The notes under the pieces: generated by a model
What the model saw: only the letters and a program-made list of their open reading frames with translations
Databases searched by the model: none
What the model was told of the DNA's origin: nothing
Program-made: the position numbers and the translations under genes
Part shown: positions 38,901 through 51,230 of the stretch, piece by piece
How positions within the stretch are numbered: the first letter of the stretch is position 1
Layout: each line of letters opens with the position of its first letter
Assembly: GCA_963575745.1 (NCBI GenBank)
Contig: CAUYUJ010000326.1
Coordinates: forward strand, 1 to 64,000
Source of the DNA: Prorocentrum cordatum
Lineage: Eukaryota
Direction: 5' to 3'
DNA: 64,000 nucleotides

Positions 38901-41900
38901 CCCACGCCCCCCCCTGGACCCCCCCCTCAAGGACTTCGCCCCACACCAGAACGTCATCACTCGTACCTCGCTCTTTCCGTTACATGCAAACACCCAAACA
39001 AGAAACCCGAAAACGGGCATTAACGCCCATTCCCTCGGCCTACCCCCCTCCCCTGGAACCCCTCACTTTAGGAGGGCTTCGCCCACACCAACGTCATCAC
39101 TCAAACCTCACTCTTTCCGTTACCTGGCCCGGCACGGAAACGGAAAGAGCGCTTCACAAAGAGAAACCGAAATTACGCACGCCACCGTTCGTACTGGGAG
39201 CCTTGGCGTTGAGAGCCTGTTACGTCACCCCTCGCTCTTGGGAGCCTTGGTGTGAAGAGCTGTTTGCGTTACCGCTCGCTCATTATTTGGCGTCTCTGGG
39301 CCTTCTTGGGGGTCAAAGTGGGGCCCTTTTAGAGCCCTGTTGGAGGCCTCTTGGAAACTCTTGGGTGCCGTCTTGGGGCTTCTTAGGGGGCTCTTGGGGC
39401 CTCCTGGGAGCTTTTTGAAGCAAAAGGCTACACTTTTCGGTTCGTGGTCCCCCTCTTGGGGCCCTCTTGGGCGCCTCTTGGGCCGTCTTGGGGTGGGACG
39501 GTCTTTGGGGCCTCTTGGACAGTCTTCAACGCCGTGAAAGCTGTAAAGCCGTATGCTACAAACGTGTTTTCCTATAGAGAAGCAATGATGTTGGCCTCCT
39601 GGTGGCCTCTTGGGGCGCCTCTTGGGGCGTCTTGGGGGGCTCTTGGGGCCTCCTGGGAGGTTCTTGGGGCGGAAGACTAAACTTTTCGGTTCGTGGTCCC
39701 CCTCTTGGGGCCGTCTTGGGGTCCTCTTCGGCCGTTTTCGGCGCCTCTTGGGCCGCCTGGGGGCCCTCTTGGGCCGTTTGGGGGCCTCTGGGGAGCCTCT
39801 TGGGCCGTCCTGGGGCGGTCTTGGGGGCCTCTTGGGCCGTCGTCGACGCCGTGGAGGCCGAAAAGTCGCGCATGCTCAACATGCACGTTTTCCTTAAGAA
39901 AATCAATGATTTTGGCCTCTTGAGGCCCTCTTGGGACGCCCCTTGGGCGCCTCTTGGGGGCCTCTTGGGCGGTCTTAGGCTCTTCTGGGACGGAGAACAG
40001 GAGAAACCAGAAAAACATGCAAAAACCCAAGGGAAAACCCCCAAACGGACATTAACACTCATCCGCTCCCCGTACGCCCCCCCTGGAACCCCCCCTTGAG
40101 GGGCTTCGCCCAACACGCAACGTCATCGCTCGTACCTCGCTCTTTCCGTTACTCTTGCGCGGGGCCCTCGCCCCTCCCCTGGAACTCCTCCCTAGAGGGC
40201 TTCGCCCCGCACCAGAACGCATCACTCGTGCCTCGCTCTTTCCGATACCTGGGAAACGGCCATTCGACCCGTTTGTTCCCCGTACGCCCCCCCCCCCTGG
40301 ACCCCTCCCCCCCTTAAGGGGCTTCGCCCAACACACAACGTCATCACTCGTACCTCGCTCTTTCCGTGAAACCCGAGGGAGACGGCCCAAAACGGCCATT
40401 AAACCCGTTTGCTCCCCGTACGCCCCCCCCCTTGACCCCCCCCCTTAAGGGGCTTCGCCCAACACACAACGTCATCACTCATACCTCGCTCTTTCTGTTA
40501 CCTGGGCCCGGCACAGAAACGGAAAGGGCGCTTCAACAAAATTCCCCGAAATCGTTCATGGCAGCGTTCGCTCTTGAAGCCTTGGTGTGAAGAACTAGTT
40601 ACGATACCTCTTGCTCTTGTGAGCCGCGTTTTAGACACATTTTAGCACGCCGTCCGATCTTGAGATCACAGCTGGGACATCGGCCTCTTGGGGCCTCTTG
40701 GGGGCCTTGGTGCTCAGAGATTGTTACCTTCCTTGGCTGGGCCTTGGTGTCAAGAACTTGTGGGCCGTTTGAGGGCCTCTTCTGGGGCTCTTGGGGGCCT
40801 CTTGGGATATCCCGGGGGCCTCTTGGGGGCCTCTTTGGGGCCTCTTGGGGCTTCTTGGGGGTTTCTTGGGGCCTCCTGGGAGCTTCTTGGGGAGAAAGGC
40901 TAAACTTTCGGGTTCGTTGTACCCCTCTTGCGGCAGTCTTGGGGCCCTCTTGGGCCGTCTCGGGTGCCTCTTGGGCCGCCTTGGGGCCGTCTTGGGCCGT
41001 TTTGGGGGCCTCTTGGGAGCCTCTTGGGCCGTCTTGGGGCGGTCTTGGGGGCCTCTTGGACCGTCCTCAACGCCGTTAAAGCCGAAAAGCCGTGTATGCT
41101 AAAAACGGATTTCTTCCATTAAGAAATCGATGATGTTGGCCTCCTCTGGGGGGCCTCTTGGGACGCCTCTTGCGGCTTCTTGGGGGGCTCTTGGGGCCTC
41201 CTGCGGGCTTCTTGGGGCGAAAAGCTAGGCTGTTCGGTTCGTGGCCCCCCTCTTGGGGCCGCCTTCGGGCCCTCTTGGGCCGTCTTGGGCGCCTCTTGGG
41301 CCGTCTTGGGGCCCTCTTGGGCCGTTTTGGGGGCCTCTTGGGCCGTCTTGGGGCGGTCTTGGGAGCCCCTGGGCTGTCGTCAACGCCGTGAAAGCCGAAA
41401 AGTCGTATATGCTAAATATGTACGTTGTCCTATGGGAAGTCCATGATGGTGGCCTCTTGGGGCTCTCTTGTGGCGCCTCTTGTGGGCCTCTTGGGGCTTC
41501 TTGGGGGGTTCTTGGGGCCTCCTGGGAGCTTCTTGGGGCGAAAGGCTAGTCTTTTCAATTCGTGGTCCCCCTCTTGGGGCCGCCTTGGGGCCCCCCCTGG
41601 GCCGTCTTGGGCGCCTCTTGGGCCGTCTTGGGGCCCTCTTGGGCCGTGTTGGGGGCCTCCTGGGAGCCTCTGGGGCCGTCTTGGGGCGATCTTGGGGACC
41701 TCTTGGACCGCCTTCAGCGCCGTGAAAGCCGAAAAGCCGTATATGTTAAACATGCACGTATTTCATGAGACAATCAATGATTTTGGCCTCTTGGGGGCCT
41801 CTTGGGCGCCTCTCGGGGCGTCTCGGAATCCTCTTGGGCCGTCTTTGGGCCGTCTTGGGCATGTTGGACCGTCTTGGAGCCGTCTTGGACCGTCTTGAGC

Positions 41901-42810
41901 GCCCAAGACGGCCCAAGAAGCGCCCAAGAGGCATCCAAGACGCCCCGAGCGGCCATTAGGTCCCATGCCTCCGCCCCTCCCCCCCCTGTGCACTCCCCCT
42001 AGAGGGCTTCGCCCAAACACAACGTCATCACTCGTGCCTCGCTCTTTCCGTTATCTCCGCCGCCCCCCGTTGATGTATCACAGGGGTGCCTGGCGTGCTA
42101 AATGTCTGATGGTTGTGAGTTCTTTTTGAGACTCCTTCTGGGGTTTCGGTCCATCGCGATGGGGTGACTGTCTCGTCGGCTTGTTTGCTTAAGATGGCCT
42201 CAAGACACCTCCAAGACGGCCAAGATGCCTCCAAAACGGCCATGCTGGCCCAAGAGAGCCCGAAATAGCCCCAAGGATGGCCGCCAAGACGGTCCCGAGG
42301 TGCCACCCAGACCGCCAAGGTGGTCCAAGGCAGCCCTAGACCCAGAAGCGCCCAAGACGCCCCGAAGATGGCCTAAGGGGTCTCCAAGGGGTCATCCAGG
42401 GAGGCCCGAAGAGGCCAACATTGAGCTACAATAGAAATCTGAAGGATGAAGACCGTGGCGTCGATTCGGCCTGCCGGCTGCCCAAGACGGCCTCAAATAT
42501 TGCCCCAAGATGTCCCCGGAGGCCTCCAAGCTAACCCCGTGATGGCCCAAGAAGCCCCCAAGAGGGCCCCAAGGCTGCCCAAGAGACCCCCAAGACGCCC
42601 AAGATGGCCTCCCATAAGGCCCTGAAGCGCCCCAAGAGGGCCCCAAGTCGGTTAAGAGAAGCATCCGAGACGTGCCGTGAGACGGCCAAAGATGCCACCC
42701 AAGAAGCCTCGAAGGCCCCCCAGAGGCCCACAGGGGGCCCCCAAGAGACCTCCAAAAAGCTCTCAGGAATCTCCCATGAGGCCCCAAGAGTGGCCCCAGA
42801 GGCTCCCAAG
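35930..42810. repeat. Complex CTTGGG/CCCAAG-rich repeat field with ~1.1-1.4-kb higher-order blocks
   Basis: Recurring motif cttcgccc..aacgtcatc(a/g)ctcgtacctcgctctttccgttac at ~36660, 37750, 38935, 39075, 40100-40500 and 42005. Confidence 0.9.
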
Positions 42811-43116
42811 ATGCCTCCTCCTCCTTCTCCCCTTTTCTCCTGTTCTCCCTTTCCGCCTACTCCTCCGTCTTCTGCTCCGTATCCTCCTCCTCCTCCTCCT
42901 CCTCCTCCTCCTCCTACTCCTCTCCTCCTCCTCCTCCTCCTCCTCCTCCTTCTCCTCCTCCTCCTCCGCCTCCGCCTCCTCATCCTCATCCTCATCCTCA
43001 TCCTCATCCTCATCCTCAGCATCAGCATCAGCATCATCATCGCCATCATCAGCATCATCATCAGCCAGCATCAGCATCAGCATCAGCATCAGCATTAGCA
43101 TCAGCATATCATCATC

Positions 43117-43238
<122 letters not shown>

Positions 43239-43302
43239 CCATCATGGTCATCATGGTCATCATGGTCATCATGGTCATCATCATCATCATCATCATCATC
43301 AG

Positions 43303-43346
<44 letters not shown>

Positions 43347-45536
43347 CCGACGTGTTCCCCCAAGGGCTTCCACAACGGCTGGGGGAACGCATGGTCCAAT
43401 AGCGTGGCCAAACGTTGCCCAGATGTTTGGCCTCGTAGGCGTATCCTAAGAGGCGGGGGGGAGGGGGGCGGGGAGGTGATTCGCCGTAGGCGTCTTCGAT
43501 CCGTTGCTCCCTTCGCATGCGAAGGAATGCCTAGCGTGACGACCTGTCTAGCCCTTCATGGCCGTTCCCAATGGTCTGCGGCGCGATCTATGAGACATCT
43601 GAAACCCACCATGAAAGGAAGGCCTCCAACAAGTGTTCCGCCGAAGACGGCTCCAAAAGGATCCTGGTCGCCATCACATCGGCGCAGGATGGCCCAACGA
43701 GCCTCCAGGATGGCTGACGATGGACTGCAAGAGGGCCGGAAATGCGCCGCGAACACTGCGCATAATTGCCTCAAGATGGCCCAAGAAGTCACCCCAGACG
43801 CCCCAACGAGCTCCAAGAGAGCGCCAGGAGGGTCTCAGGAGCCAAACCATCGATGCCCCGTGTGCTGCTCCATGCGTCGCGTTCTCTTCCGTTCGGGCCT
43901 CTGGCAGCCCAAGACATAGCCCAAGACAGCCCACAGGATTGCCCCAACGCTGCCCAGAAGGCCCGAGAGAAAGCCCTCAGACAGTCCAGGAGGGCCCCGA
44001 CCTTGCCCCAAAATCGGCCCAAGAAGATCCCAAGGCGGCTCTCAGGAGCCCACAGACTCGCCATCGCTCGGACGTCCATTTCCCGTGCATTTTTCGGTTT
44101 CGTGCGTGTTTTTTTTGCTCGATGTCCAGGATCGTCCCCAATGGTTCTCGCCGAGAAAAATGCACACGTCAACGCGATGCCAGGCAGAGAGACAGACCCG
44201 AGACCACCCGGAGAGGTCCCGAGGAGAGCCGCCGAGGGCGCCAGACGGCCCAAGACCCCGGCCTGTCCAAAAGGGAGCCCTGGGGCGGGCCCTTGGAGAC
44301 CCCCAGGGTGGCAGGACCGGCCAGAACACTTGGGGCTCTTTTTGGGGCCTCTTCGGCGGTCTCGGGGCGATCTTCGGGGCGTCTTCGGCTGTCGAGCGTT
44401 GGAAGTTCGAGAACGCGAGAAAGCGAAAATTTGAAAAAAACTATGGGAAATCAAGGATATGGGCCGCTTCGGGCTCTGTCGGGACGCCTCTCGGAGCTCT
44501 CTTGGGGCCTCTTGGAGGGCTCTTGGGCTGTGTACTGGCCGTGTTGGGCCCATCTGGAGCCACGTTGGGGTCAGTCTTACGTCGAGCGTGTCCCCCTACA
44601 GGGGGATTTGGGGCTAAATGTGGCAAAATACTCTAAGCAAAAAAAGCAAGGTCAAAATGAAAAAAAATAAGACCGTCCTGGACTGTTTCTTGACTATGTT
44701 GTAATGTCCCTCCTGTGGAGGGACAGGCCCGACTTACCCCAAGGAGGCAGAACCGGCCAGAGGAAGACCAAGGACGTCCCAAGACCGCCTCAGAGGAGCC
44801 CTCCGAAGTCCTGCTCCCTGTGGTCAACCCAGGCCCAGCGGCTTCAGGAGAATGCAGTCCACCAGCAAGGCCGCACTTTCGCTCGAGATGTCACGAAACG
44901 AGCGTTTCCAAAAGGCAAAGGGCCGCGGTGACTCGCCACAGGAGTCTTGGATTCAAGCACACGATCACGACAGATCATACTAGAACCTGCATCTTCCTCC
45001 TCGTACTCGTACTCATCATGGCCATCGACGCCGCCGAAGTACTGGCAATATCACATCGACTGACATCGTCGTGACTATGATGCTACGGCGTCTCCTCAAT
45101 GTTCTGGTTGCGTCCTGCTTGATCATCATCGTCGTCGTCATCTCTCAGTCTCCAAATTCCAGAAGGGGAAGACCGTCTGCAAACTGTCACAACAACAACG
45201 CCCGCAAGAGGGTCCCAGGCGGCCTTTTTCGAAGCGAATGCCCGCTAAGAAGAGCACGTGGCCAACAACCATTCAAGTCCGCTAAACACGGACAGCGCCT
45301 GTACGAGCCGCACCCCTCAGCGACGGCGCCAAGGGCAAATCTGGAAGCCCCTGCTCCCGCATCCATCCACAACGCTGGCCTCGTGTCACCTGCCTGTCAC
45401 GCCGGTGAGCTGGGGGCAGACGGAGGGGGGGGTCAGAATGGCTGGCAGCGTGAGCCCTACCCCAGTCTGAGAAAGAGATCAAAACTAGGTGCAGCCGAGA
45501 CTGCGCTACTAGCACGGCTAGCAACAAACAGCAACA

Positions 45537-46904
45537 TCAAGCTTTCGCATTCAGTAGGGGCTCTGTCCCGTTATCAACAGACATCACGGGTGTTTCTTCA
45601 CAGAAGCATGGATACGTCAGTACTTTTGCAATGATGCGGAACAGCACGGCCATGGCAGACACCCATGCAACTGTCTCGAGCATGAACTTGACATTTGAGT
45701 GAATGGCTTGACACTGTGGCCCACCCGTTGTTGTTACGGTCGTCGTGGTGAATTGGAACTCCTCGTCTGAGAACGGGAACCATTGCTGCTTATAGTACCT
45801 GAACGAAAACAAGCTGACCGTTAGTGAAGCCACGATTAAGCGCTGACAGTGACGCCTGATACGGTGTTTCTTCTCGTCCCAGTCGGTGATGCAATTCACC
45901 AAGTTCATGGCCAGCATGAAGACATAGAGGGAAAGCTCGGCTTTTTGTCGGTCGCTTGCAGATCCACCAGCCCATGTGGCAAGGACAACGGCGACATCTT
46001 CGGTCATCCCAAGCGGTTGGATCATTATCGCAGTCAACCAATCGGGGACAAATTTACGACTGTACATGGTTGTCGCTGGGCCAGACCAAATCATGAAATG
46101 CCCTGCCAACACTGCCGTTGCGGCCGCACACTCTGGCGATTTTTTTGCATCCTTGTGTACTGATTCAAATGCTGGTTCCATGAAGTACGGACGGACCCAG
46201 AAGGAGAAAGGCAAATAGTCCGTCAAGGCGCTGCAGAATTCCGTGGCGATGAAATGGTTCTTTTTGTCATCCCGCTCTTTGATACACGGGCTCGTGACCC
46301 AATAAAGAATCGCGTCAAGCATGGGCAATACGGCGCCTGCAGGTGCGCTGCAAATCAGAAGGTAGAAGACTCCCTTCCAATCCTCGCCTTTGGGCTGCGA
46401 CACCGCAATGAGGTACGCGAAGGCGGGGGATGTGAATGGAAGCACATTGCTGACAGCAAGTCGCAATACCATCATTAGACAAATGCTCAAACCCCTCATC
46501 CACCACGCCATTTCCTTATTCAGCTCAGCCCAGCCCAGGAAGGTATTCTGTGTCCAACACTTGATCTCCAATGAATGTTTCTTGAGCATGACAGCAGCCG
46601 CACCAAAGACAACAAGGAAGAAGATCTTTCGAAGAGTATGTTGCTTCAAAGCCGCAGGTGTCAACGGGGCCAAAAATTTCTTCATCGCACCTTTCGCGGT
46701 TCCCGTGTTTCCCGGTGCCTTCCATAACGCCTCATCGGGCGCATAGATCAAACTGGACCCATGGTGAAGTATGGGGCCAAGAATCTGACTGAAAATAACG
46801 GTCCCTCCTTTTTCATACAGCCCATTCCGTGTCTCCAAAATTTCACGACGTAATGCCTCACGCTCCCCCTCAGGATCCGGCGTGGTGATACGTTCTGATG
46901 CCAT
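45537..46904 (-). CDS. Intronless 455-aa predicted multi-pass membrane protein of unknown function (probable retrogene)
   Basis: Uninterrupted non-repetitive ORF with several hydrophobic segments; SL-like sequence 91 nt upstream of the ATG. Confidence 0.75.
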   Translation of the reverse strand: MASERITTPDPEGEREALRREILETRNGLYEKGGTVIFSQILGPILHHGSSLIYAPDEALWKAPGNTGTAKGAMKKFLAPLTPAALKQHTLRKIFFLVVFGAAAVMLKKHSLEIKCWTQNTFLGWAELNKEMAWWMRGLSICLMMVLRLAVSNVLPFTSPAFAYLIAVSQPKGEDWKGVFYLLICSAPAGAVLPMLDAILYWVTSPCIKERDDKKNHFIATEFCSALTDYLPFSFWVRPYFMEPAFESVHKDAKKSPECAAATAVLAGHFMIWSGPATTMYSRKFVPDWLTAIMIQPLGMTEDVAVVLATWAGGSASDRQKAELSLYVFMLAMNLVNCITDWDEKKHRIRRHCQRLIVASLTVSLFSFRYYKQQWFPFSDEEFQFTTTTVTTTGGPQCQAIHSNVKFMLETVAWVSAMAVLFRIIAKVLTYPCFCEETPVMSVDNGTEPLLNAKA

Positions 46905-46995
46905 CCTTGGACGTGCTGCCCTCGCGACGGACTGCCTCGCGCGTCGGCGGGCAAGCGGGTAAGATTACCTTGCGCGGCAAAAGGTGGTGGGACCC

Positions 46996-47015
46996 CTTGA
47001 GCCAAACTTGGCACG
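46996..47015 (-). other. Degenerate spliced-leader relic
   Basis: CGTGCCAAGTTTGGCTCAAG; last 11 nt match DinoSL exactly. Confidence 0.6.
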
Positions 47016-48796
47016 AACGCCAGGAGAAACACGAGAAAGCGGAGGAAGAGGTTGGAAGTGACGCCGAGCCCAGTCATCGCGCGCAAGCCCCTGGGACGCA
47101 GAAAGTGAAACTGCTTGGGCGGTGCGCGGACAAACCCTGAGCCCGAGGCCTCGCATGCCGAAGGAAGGATCGAAAGGGCAAGGATGCAGGGGCACCCTTT
47201 GGAAATCCCACCAGCCCTCTGGGCGCAAATGGTCTAACAAGATGCATCTTCCCTCTTCCAATGAACCCCTCTTCCCCTACGGGGAGGGGTTTACCCCGCC
47301 CCTTGTTGGCCTCATTGATCTCCTCCTTTGATCGATGGCCTTCAAGATGGCCCCAAGAGGCCTTCCAGGGCTCCCAAGAGGGCCCCAACAGAGCCCCAAG
47401 AGGGCCCCAAGAGGGCCCCAAGAGGGCCCCAAGACCCCCAACAGAACCCCAAGAGTGCTCCAATACCCGCCAAAAGAGCCCCAGGAGAGCTCCAAAAGGC
47501 GATTTTGAAGGCTCCTGGGAAGGGGCCGAAATCGAGGACCCCCCATCTTTTGATCGATGCTCTCCTAGATGGCCCCAACAGGCCTTCCAGGGCACCAGCC
47601 GCAGCAGCGGAGATCTCTCGGTTCATCCTGGTTGCTCGCTTTGTTTCCCCAGATGTGTCCCTTCGTCCCTTTTCCCGTCAGCTCTCGTGGGCAAGGCTTC
47701 TGAATGGGCTGGTGGGATACGTTTTTTGTCGCGGCCGCGGGCGAAAACGCACGCGGCGAGTCGTAAATCTGGGGCGCGGGCTTACTAATTGACAACAGCA
47801 AACTAGAGCCGACAACCTAAACTGCCTAAGCGGACTAAGCGGCGCCTCGCGCGAGAGAAGGGCTGGTGGGAGACTTTTTTTGGTCAGCGGGCTGACGCGT
47901 AAAGCAGTCGCCGAAAGGGGGGTCCGGGGCACGTTCCAGCCTAGCTGGTGGGATAATTGTTTTTCGGTCGCGGCCGCGAACGAAGCGCGCAAGCGGCGAG
48001 AAAAGTTGTCCGGGCCGACGGGCAAACCTAATTAGCTACAAGACGCGCCGCAGGCCGGCCGGCCCACTCACCAAGCAACAACGGGGGTGCGCGGGAGGCA
48101 CTGGTGGGATACGTTTGTTTGTTTTTTCCCCAACCATCCTGTGGTGTTGGGTCCTCGTTTTGAAAAGACGGTGCCCCGCGTCCTCCTCTCCTCTCCTCCT
48201 CCTCCCCCCTCCTCCCTCCTCCCTCCTCCCTCCTCCCTCCTTCCTCCTCCCCCTCCTCCCTCCTCCCCCATCCTGGCTTTTGCTCTCCGCATGTCTCTGT
48301 TTCGGCACACCCTTCACACGCTTCGTGGCCCCATAGGGAGCTCCACCTAAGGTCCCAGTGGCGGAACTCGCATGGCGCCGCCGCCCCATTTTGGCACACC
48401 CCTCGCACGTTTCGTGGCCCCATAGGGAGCTCCACCTAAGGTCCCAGTTGCGAAACTCGCATGGCGCCGCCGCCCCATTTTGGCACACCCCTCACACGCT
48501 TCGTGGCCCCATAGGGAGCTCCACCCCAGGTCCCGGTAGCGGAACTCGCATGGCGCCGCCGCCCCATTTTGGCACACCCCTCACACATTTCGTGGCCCCA
48601 TAGGGAGCTAGCTCTACCTAAGGTCCCAGTGGCGGAACTCGCATGGCGCCGCCGCCCCATTTTGGCACACCCCTCACACGTTTTGTGGCCCCATGGGGAA
48701 CTCCACCTAGGGTCCCAGTGGCGGAACTCGCATGGCGCCGCCGCCCCATTTTGACACACCCCTTCACACGTTTTGTGGCCCCATAGGGAACTCCAC

Positions 48797-49686
48797 TTGG
48801 AGGGTGAAAGTGGGGGTCGGCCGCAGGGTCCCGGCAATGATGTCTTTATGGGCCATGAATGGGCGATGCATCCTCGATTGCTGCGTTCGGCGGGGGAACT
48901 AGTGGAAGCCCCCCGCCTGCACCCATGCGCGAGACTTGAAAGGGAAGGAAGCAACGGGGGCGGGGGGCTCGGGAAAGGCGACAAAAGGCAACGTGCGCTG
49001 AGGGCGCAAAAAGAGGCTGGAACAAACGAAAGCGGTCAGGTGAGAGTCGAAATCTGCCCAGCCAATCTGACATGCGGAACAAAACGCCTCAGCGTTGGGG
49101 ATCTTGAAAGCCAGGGCAACATGTGAATTCACATAGTGGGGAAAAGCAAAATGTGAATTCACATTTTGGGAAAAAAAGGAAAAGGTGAATTCACATTTTG
49201 GAAAAAAAGGAACATGCGAATTCACATGTTGGAAGTTTGTGTAAGATTATTGATGAAAGGGGCCAGAATGTGAATTCACATTTTGGGAGAAAGGAAAATG
49301 TGAATTCAGATTTTGGGAAAAAAGGAAGATGTGAATTCACATTTTGGAAGAAAAATGGGCCCCATTCCAAATCTGTCTTGGGGGTCGAGGAGTCATCGTT
49401 TGGGAACACGCACGATCACCAATCGCACAATCAAGACACACTTGCACTCCACTTCGCTGCCCCACGCGCAATATGCAAGAACCCCCGCACGCACGAACGA
49501 TAATGGATGGACGGCGCGTGCGCCTGCGCGGGCAACGCGCGGGCACGAACGACTGGCCCTCAATGACCGCCAACATTGGATGCCAATCGTACCCGTTCAC
49601 ATACATGAGCGATATATTGAGCAGACATGGGCCATGCAGCCCCCATTGAAGACCCCCTGTTGCAGACCCCCTCTTTCACCCTCCAA
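48797..49686. mobile_element. MITE with 25-bp TIR and internal tandem palindromes
   Basis: ttggagggtgaaag(t/a)gggggtc(g/t)gc at both ends; flanks tccac/tcaac; interrupts one 89-bp unit. Confidence 0.85.
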
Positions 49687-50115
49687 TCAACCGAAAGTCC
49701 CAATTGCGGAACTCGCATGGCGCCGCCGCTCCATTTTGGCACACCCCTCACACGTTTCGTGGCCCCATGGGGAGCTCCACCTAGGGTCCCAGTGGCGGAA
49801 CTCGCATGGCGCCGCCGCCCCATTTTGGCACACCCCTCGCACGTTCGTGGCCCCATAGGCAGAAACTCCACCTAAAAATCAGTGGCGGAACTCGCAGGGC
49901 GCCGCGGCCCCATTTTGGCACACCCATACGCGCGTCGTGGCCCCATAGGGAGCTCCACCTAAGGTCCCAGTGGCGGAACTCGCATGGCGCCGCCGCCCAA
50001 TTTTGGCACACCCCTCACACGTTTCGTGGCCCCATAGGGAGCTCCACCTAAGGTCCCAGTGGCGGAACTCGCATGGCGCCGCCGCCCCATTTTGGCACAC
50101 CCCTCGAAGGACCAG

Positions 50116-50785
50116 GATGAAGGATGAGGACGACAAGGAGGAGGAGGAGGAGGAGGAGGAGGAGGGGGAGGAGGACGAGGAGGACGACACGCCGCTGCGC
50201 TTCGAGCTCCAGGCGTCCAACCGCTTCAAGAACCCGAAACTCAGGGACCTCATGGCGTTCCTGCGCAAGCCGGGGAAGCAGGCCCCGCCGGCCATCCGGG
50301 CCACGTGGAACGCCATGCAGCTGAAACCCGATGATCGTAGACTCCGGGAGGAAAGGTTCAAGAACAGCCACATGATTGGGTCCTATTGGGACACCGTGGC
50401 GCGCTGGATGAAGATGCGTGCCCAGCGGGGCGCGGACGTCCTGAAGAAACCTCTCTTCCTCGTGCAGGCCGCCGACAGGTCTGCCCCGTCGATGAGCAGG
50501 AAGGACGCCGCCAAGATGATGAACTGCGCCAACCCGAAGAACACCGGCGGCATGCACGGACTGCTCCTGGTGCACGTGGGCATGCGGATCCGGCTCCTGG
50601 AGGCGCTGGACCTCAAGAGCGGCCTCGTCAAGGATGCCGAAGGGCAGATCGCGCACATCGTCGTGGACCCTCGAGATCGGGACGACGTAGACAAGGCCGA
50701 GAGAGACGGGGAGAGAAGGATCTATCTGAAGCACTTGCCGCTGGGGTTCTGGGTGCGCATGGAGAAGTACGCGAGCGCGCCCTTC
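50116..50785 (+). CDS. PIF1-family (SF1B, Helitron-type) helicase fragment
   Basis: NTGGMHGLLLVHVGMRIRLLEALDLKSGLVKDAEGQI resembles the PIF1 2B-domain signature; strong GC3 bias; open up to the gap. Confidence 0.75.
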
Positions 50786-50885
50786 NNNNNNNNNNNNNNN
50801 NNNNNNNNNNNNNNNNNNNNNNNNNNNNNNNNNNNNNNNNNNNNNNNNNNNNNNNNNNNNNNNNNNNNNNNNNNNNNNNNNNNNN
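50786..50885. other. Assembly gap (100 N)
   Basis: N run. Confidence 1.
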
Positions 50886-50896
50886 TACTACCACTC

Positions 50897-50954
<58 letters not shown>

Positions 50955-51125
50955 CAATACTACGACTGCCACTACTACTGCCACGACCACTGCAACTAAT
51001 GCACCTTCTCCTCCACCTTCTCCTCCATTTCCCCTTCCTCCTCATCATCCTTCTCGCTCCACCCTCTCGCTCCTCCTGCTGCTCCTCGTCTTCCTCCTCC
51101 TCCTGACGGAAGCGGGGAAGGCTTC

Positions 51126-51230
51126 CTGGCTCTGGCCCACCTTCTCCAGCTCGACGGTGTCGGGGATGAACCCCGTGCGGCGCAAGCCGTAGCTGGCCTT
51201 GCCCTGTGTGTCTATCTCGTCGTAGAAGAC
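51126..51230 (-). CDS. Deaminase gene, mapped exon 4 (VFYDEIDTQGKASYGLRRTGFIPDTVELEK[VGQSQ]); alternative GT donor would end the exon at 51141
   Basis: ag|GTC acceptor; GFDDK-VFYDEI parallels the GFDD.FIY.EI motif of GuaD-type deaminases. Confidence 0.8.

Larger units (their letters stand above)
48122..50785 (+). mobile_element. Helentron-like family 1 copy with 89-bp units, leading into a PIF1 helicase fragment (truncated by the N gap)
   Basis: Same ~55-bp 5' terminus as 32660; units share the cgtggccccatagggagctccacc core. Confidence 0.65.

Noticed and set aside
48380..50100. CCATTTTGGC in each 89-bp unit as an SL array
   Set aside because: Only 10 nt match; both flanks (CCGTAG and TCAAG) are absent and there is no SL-RNA-like continuation
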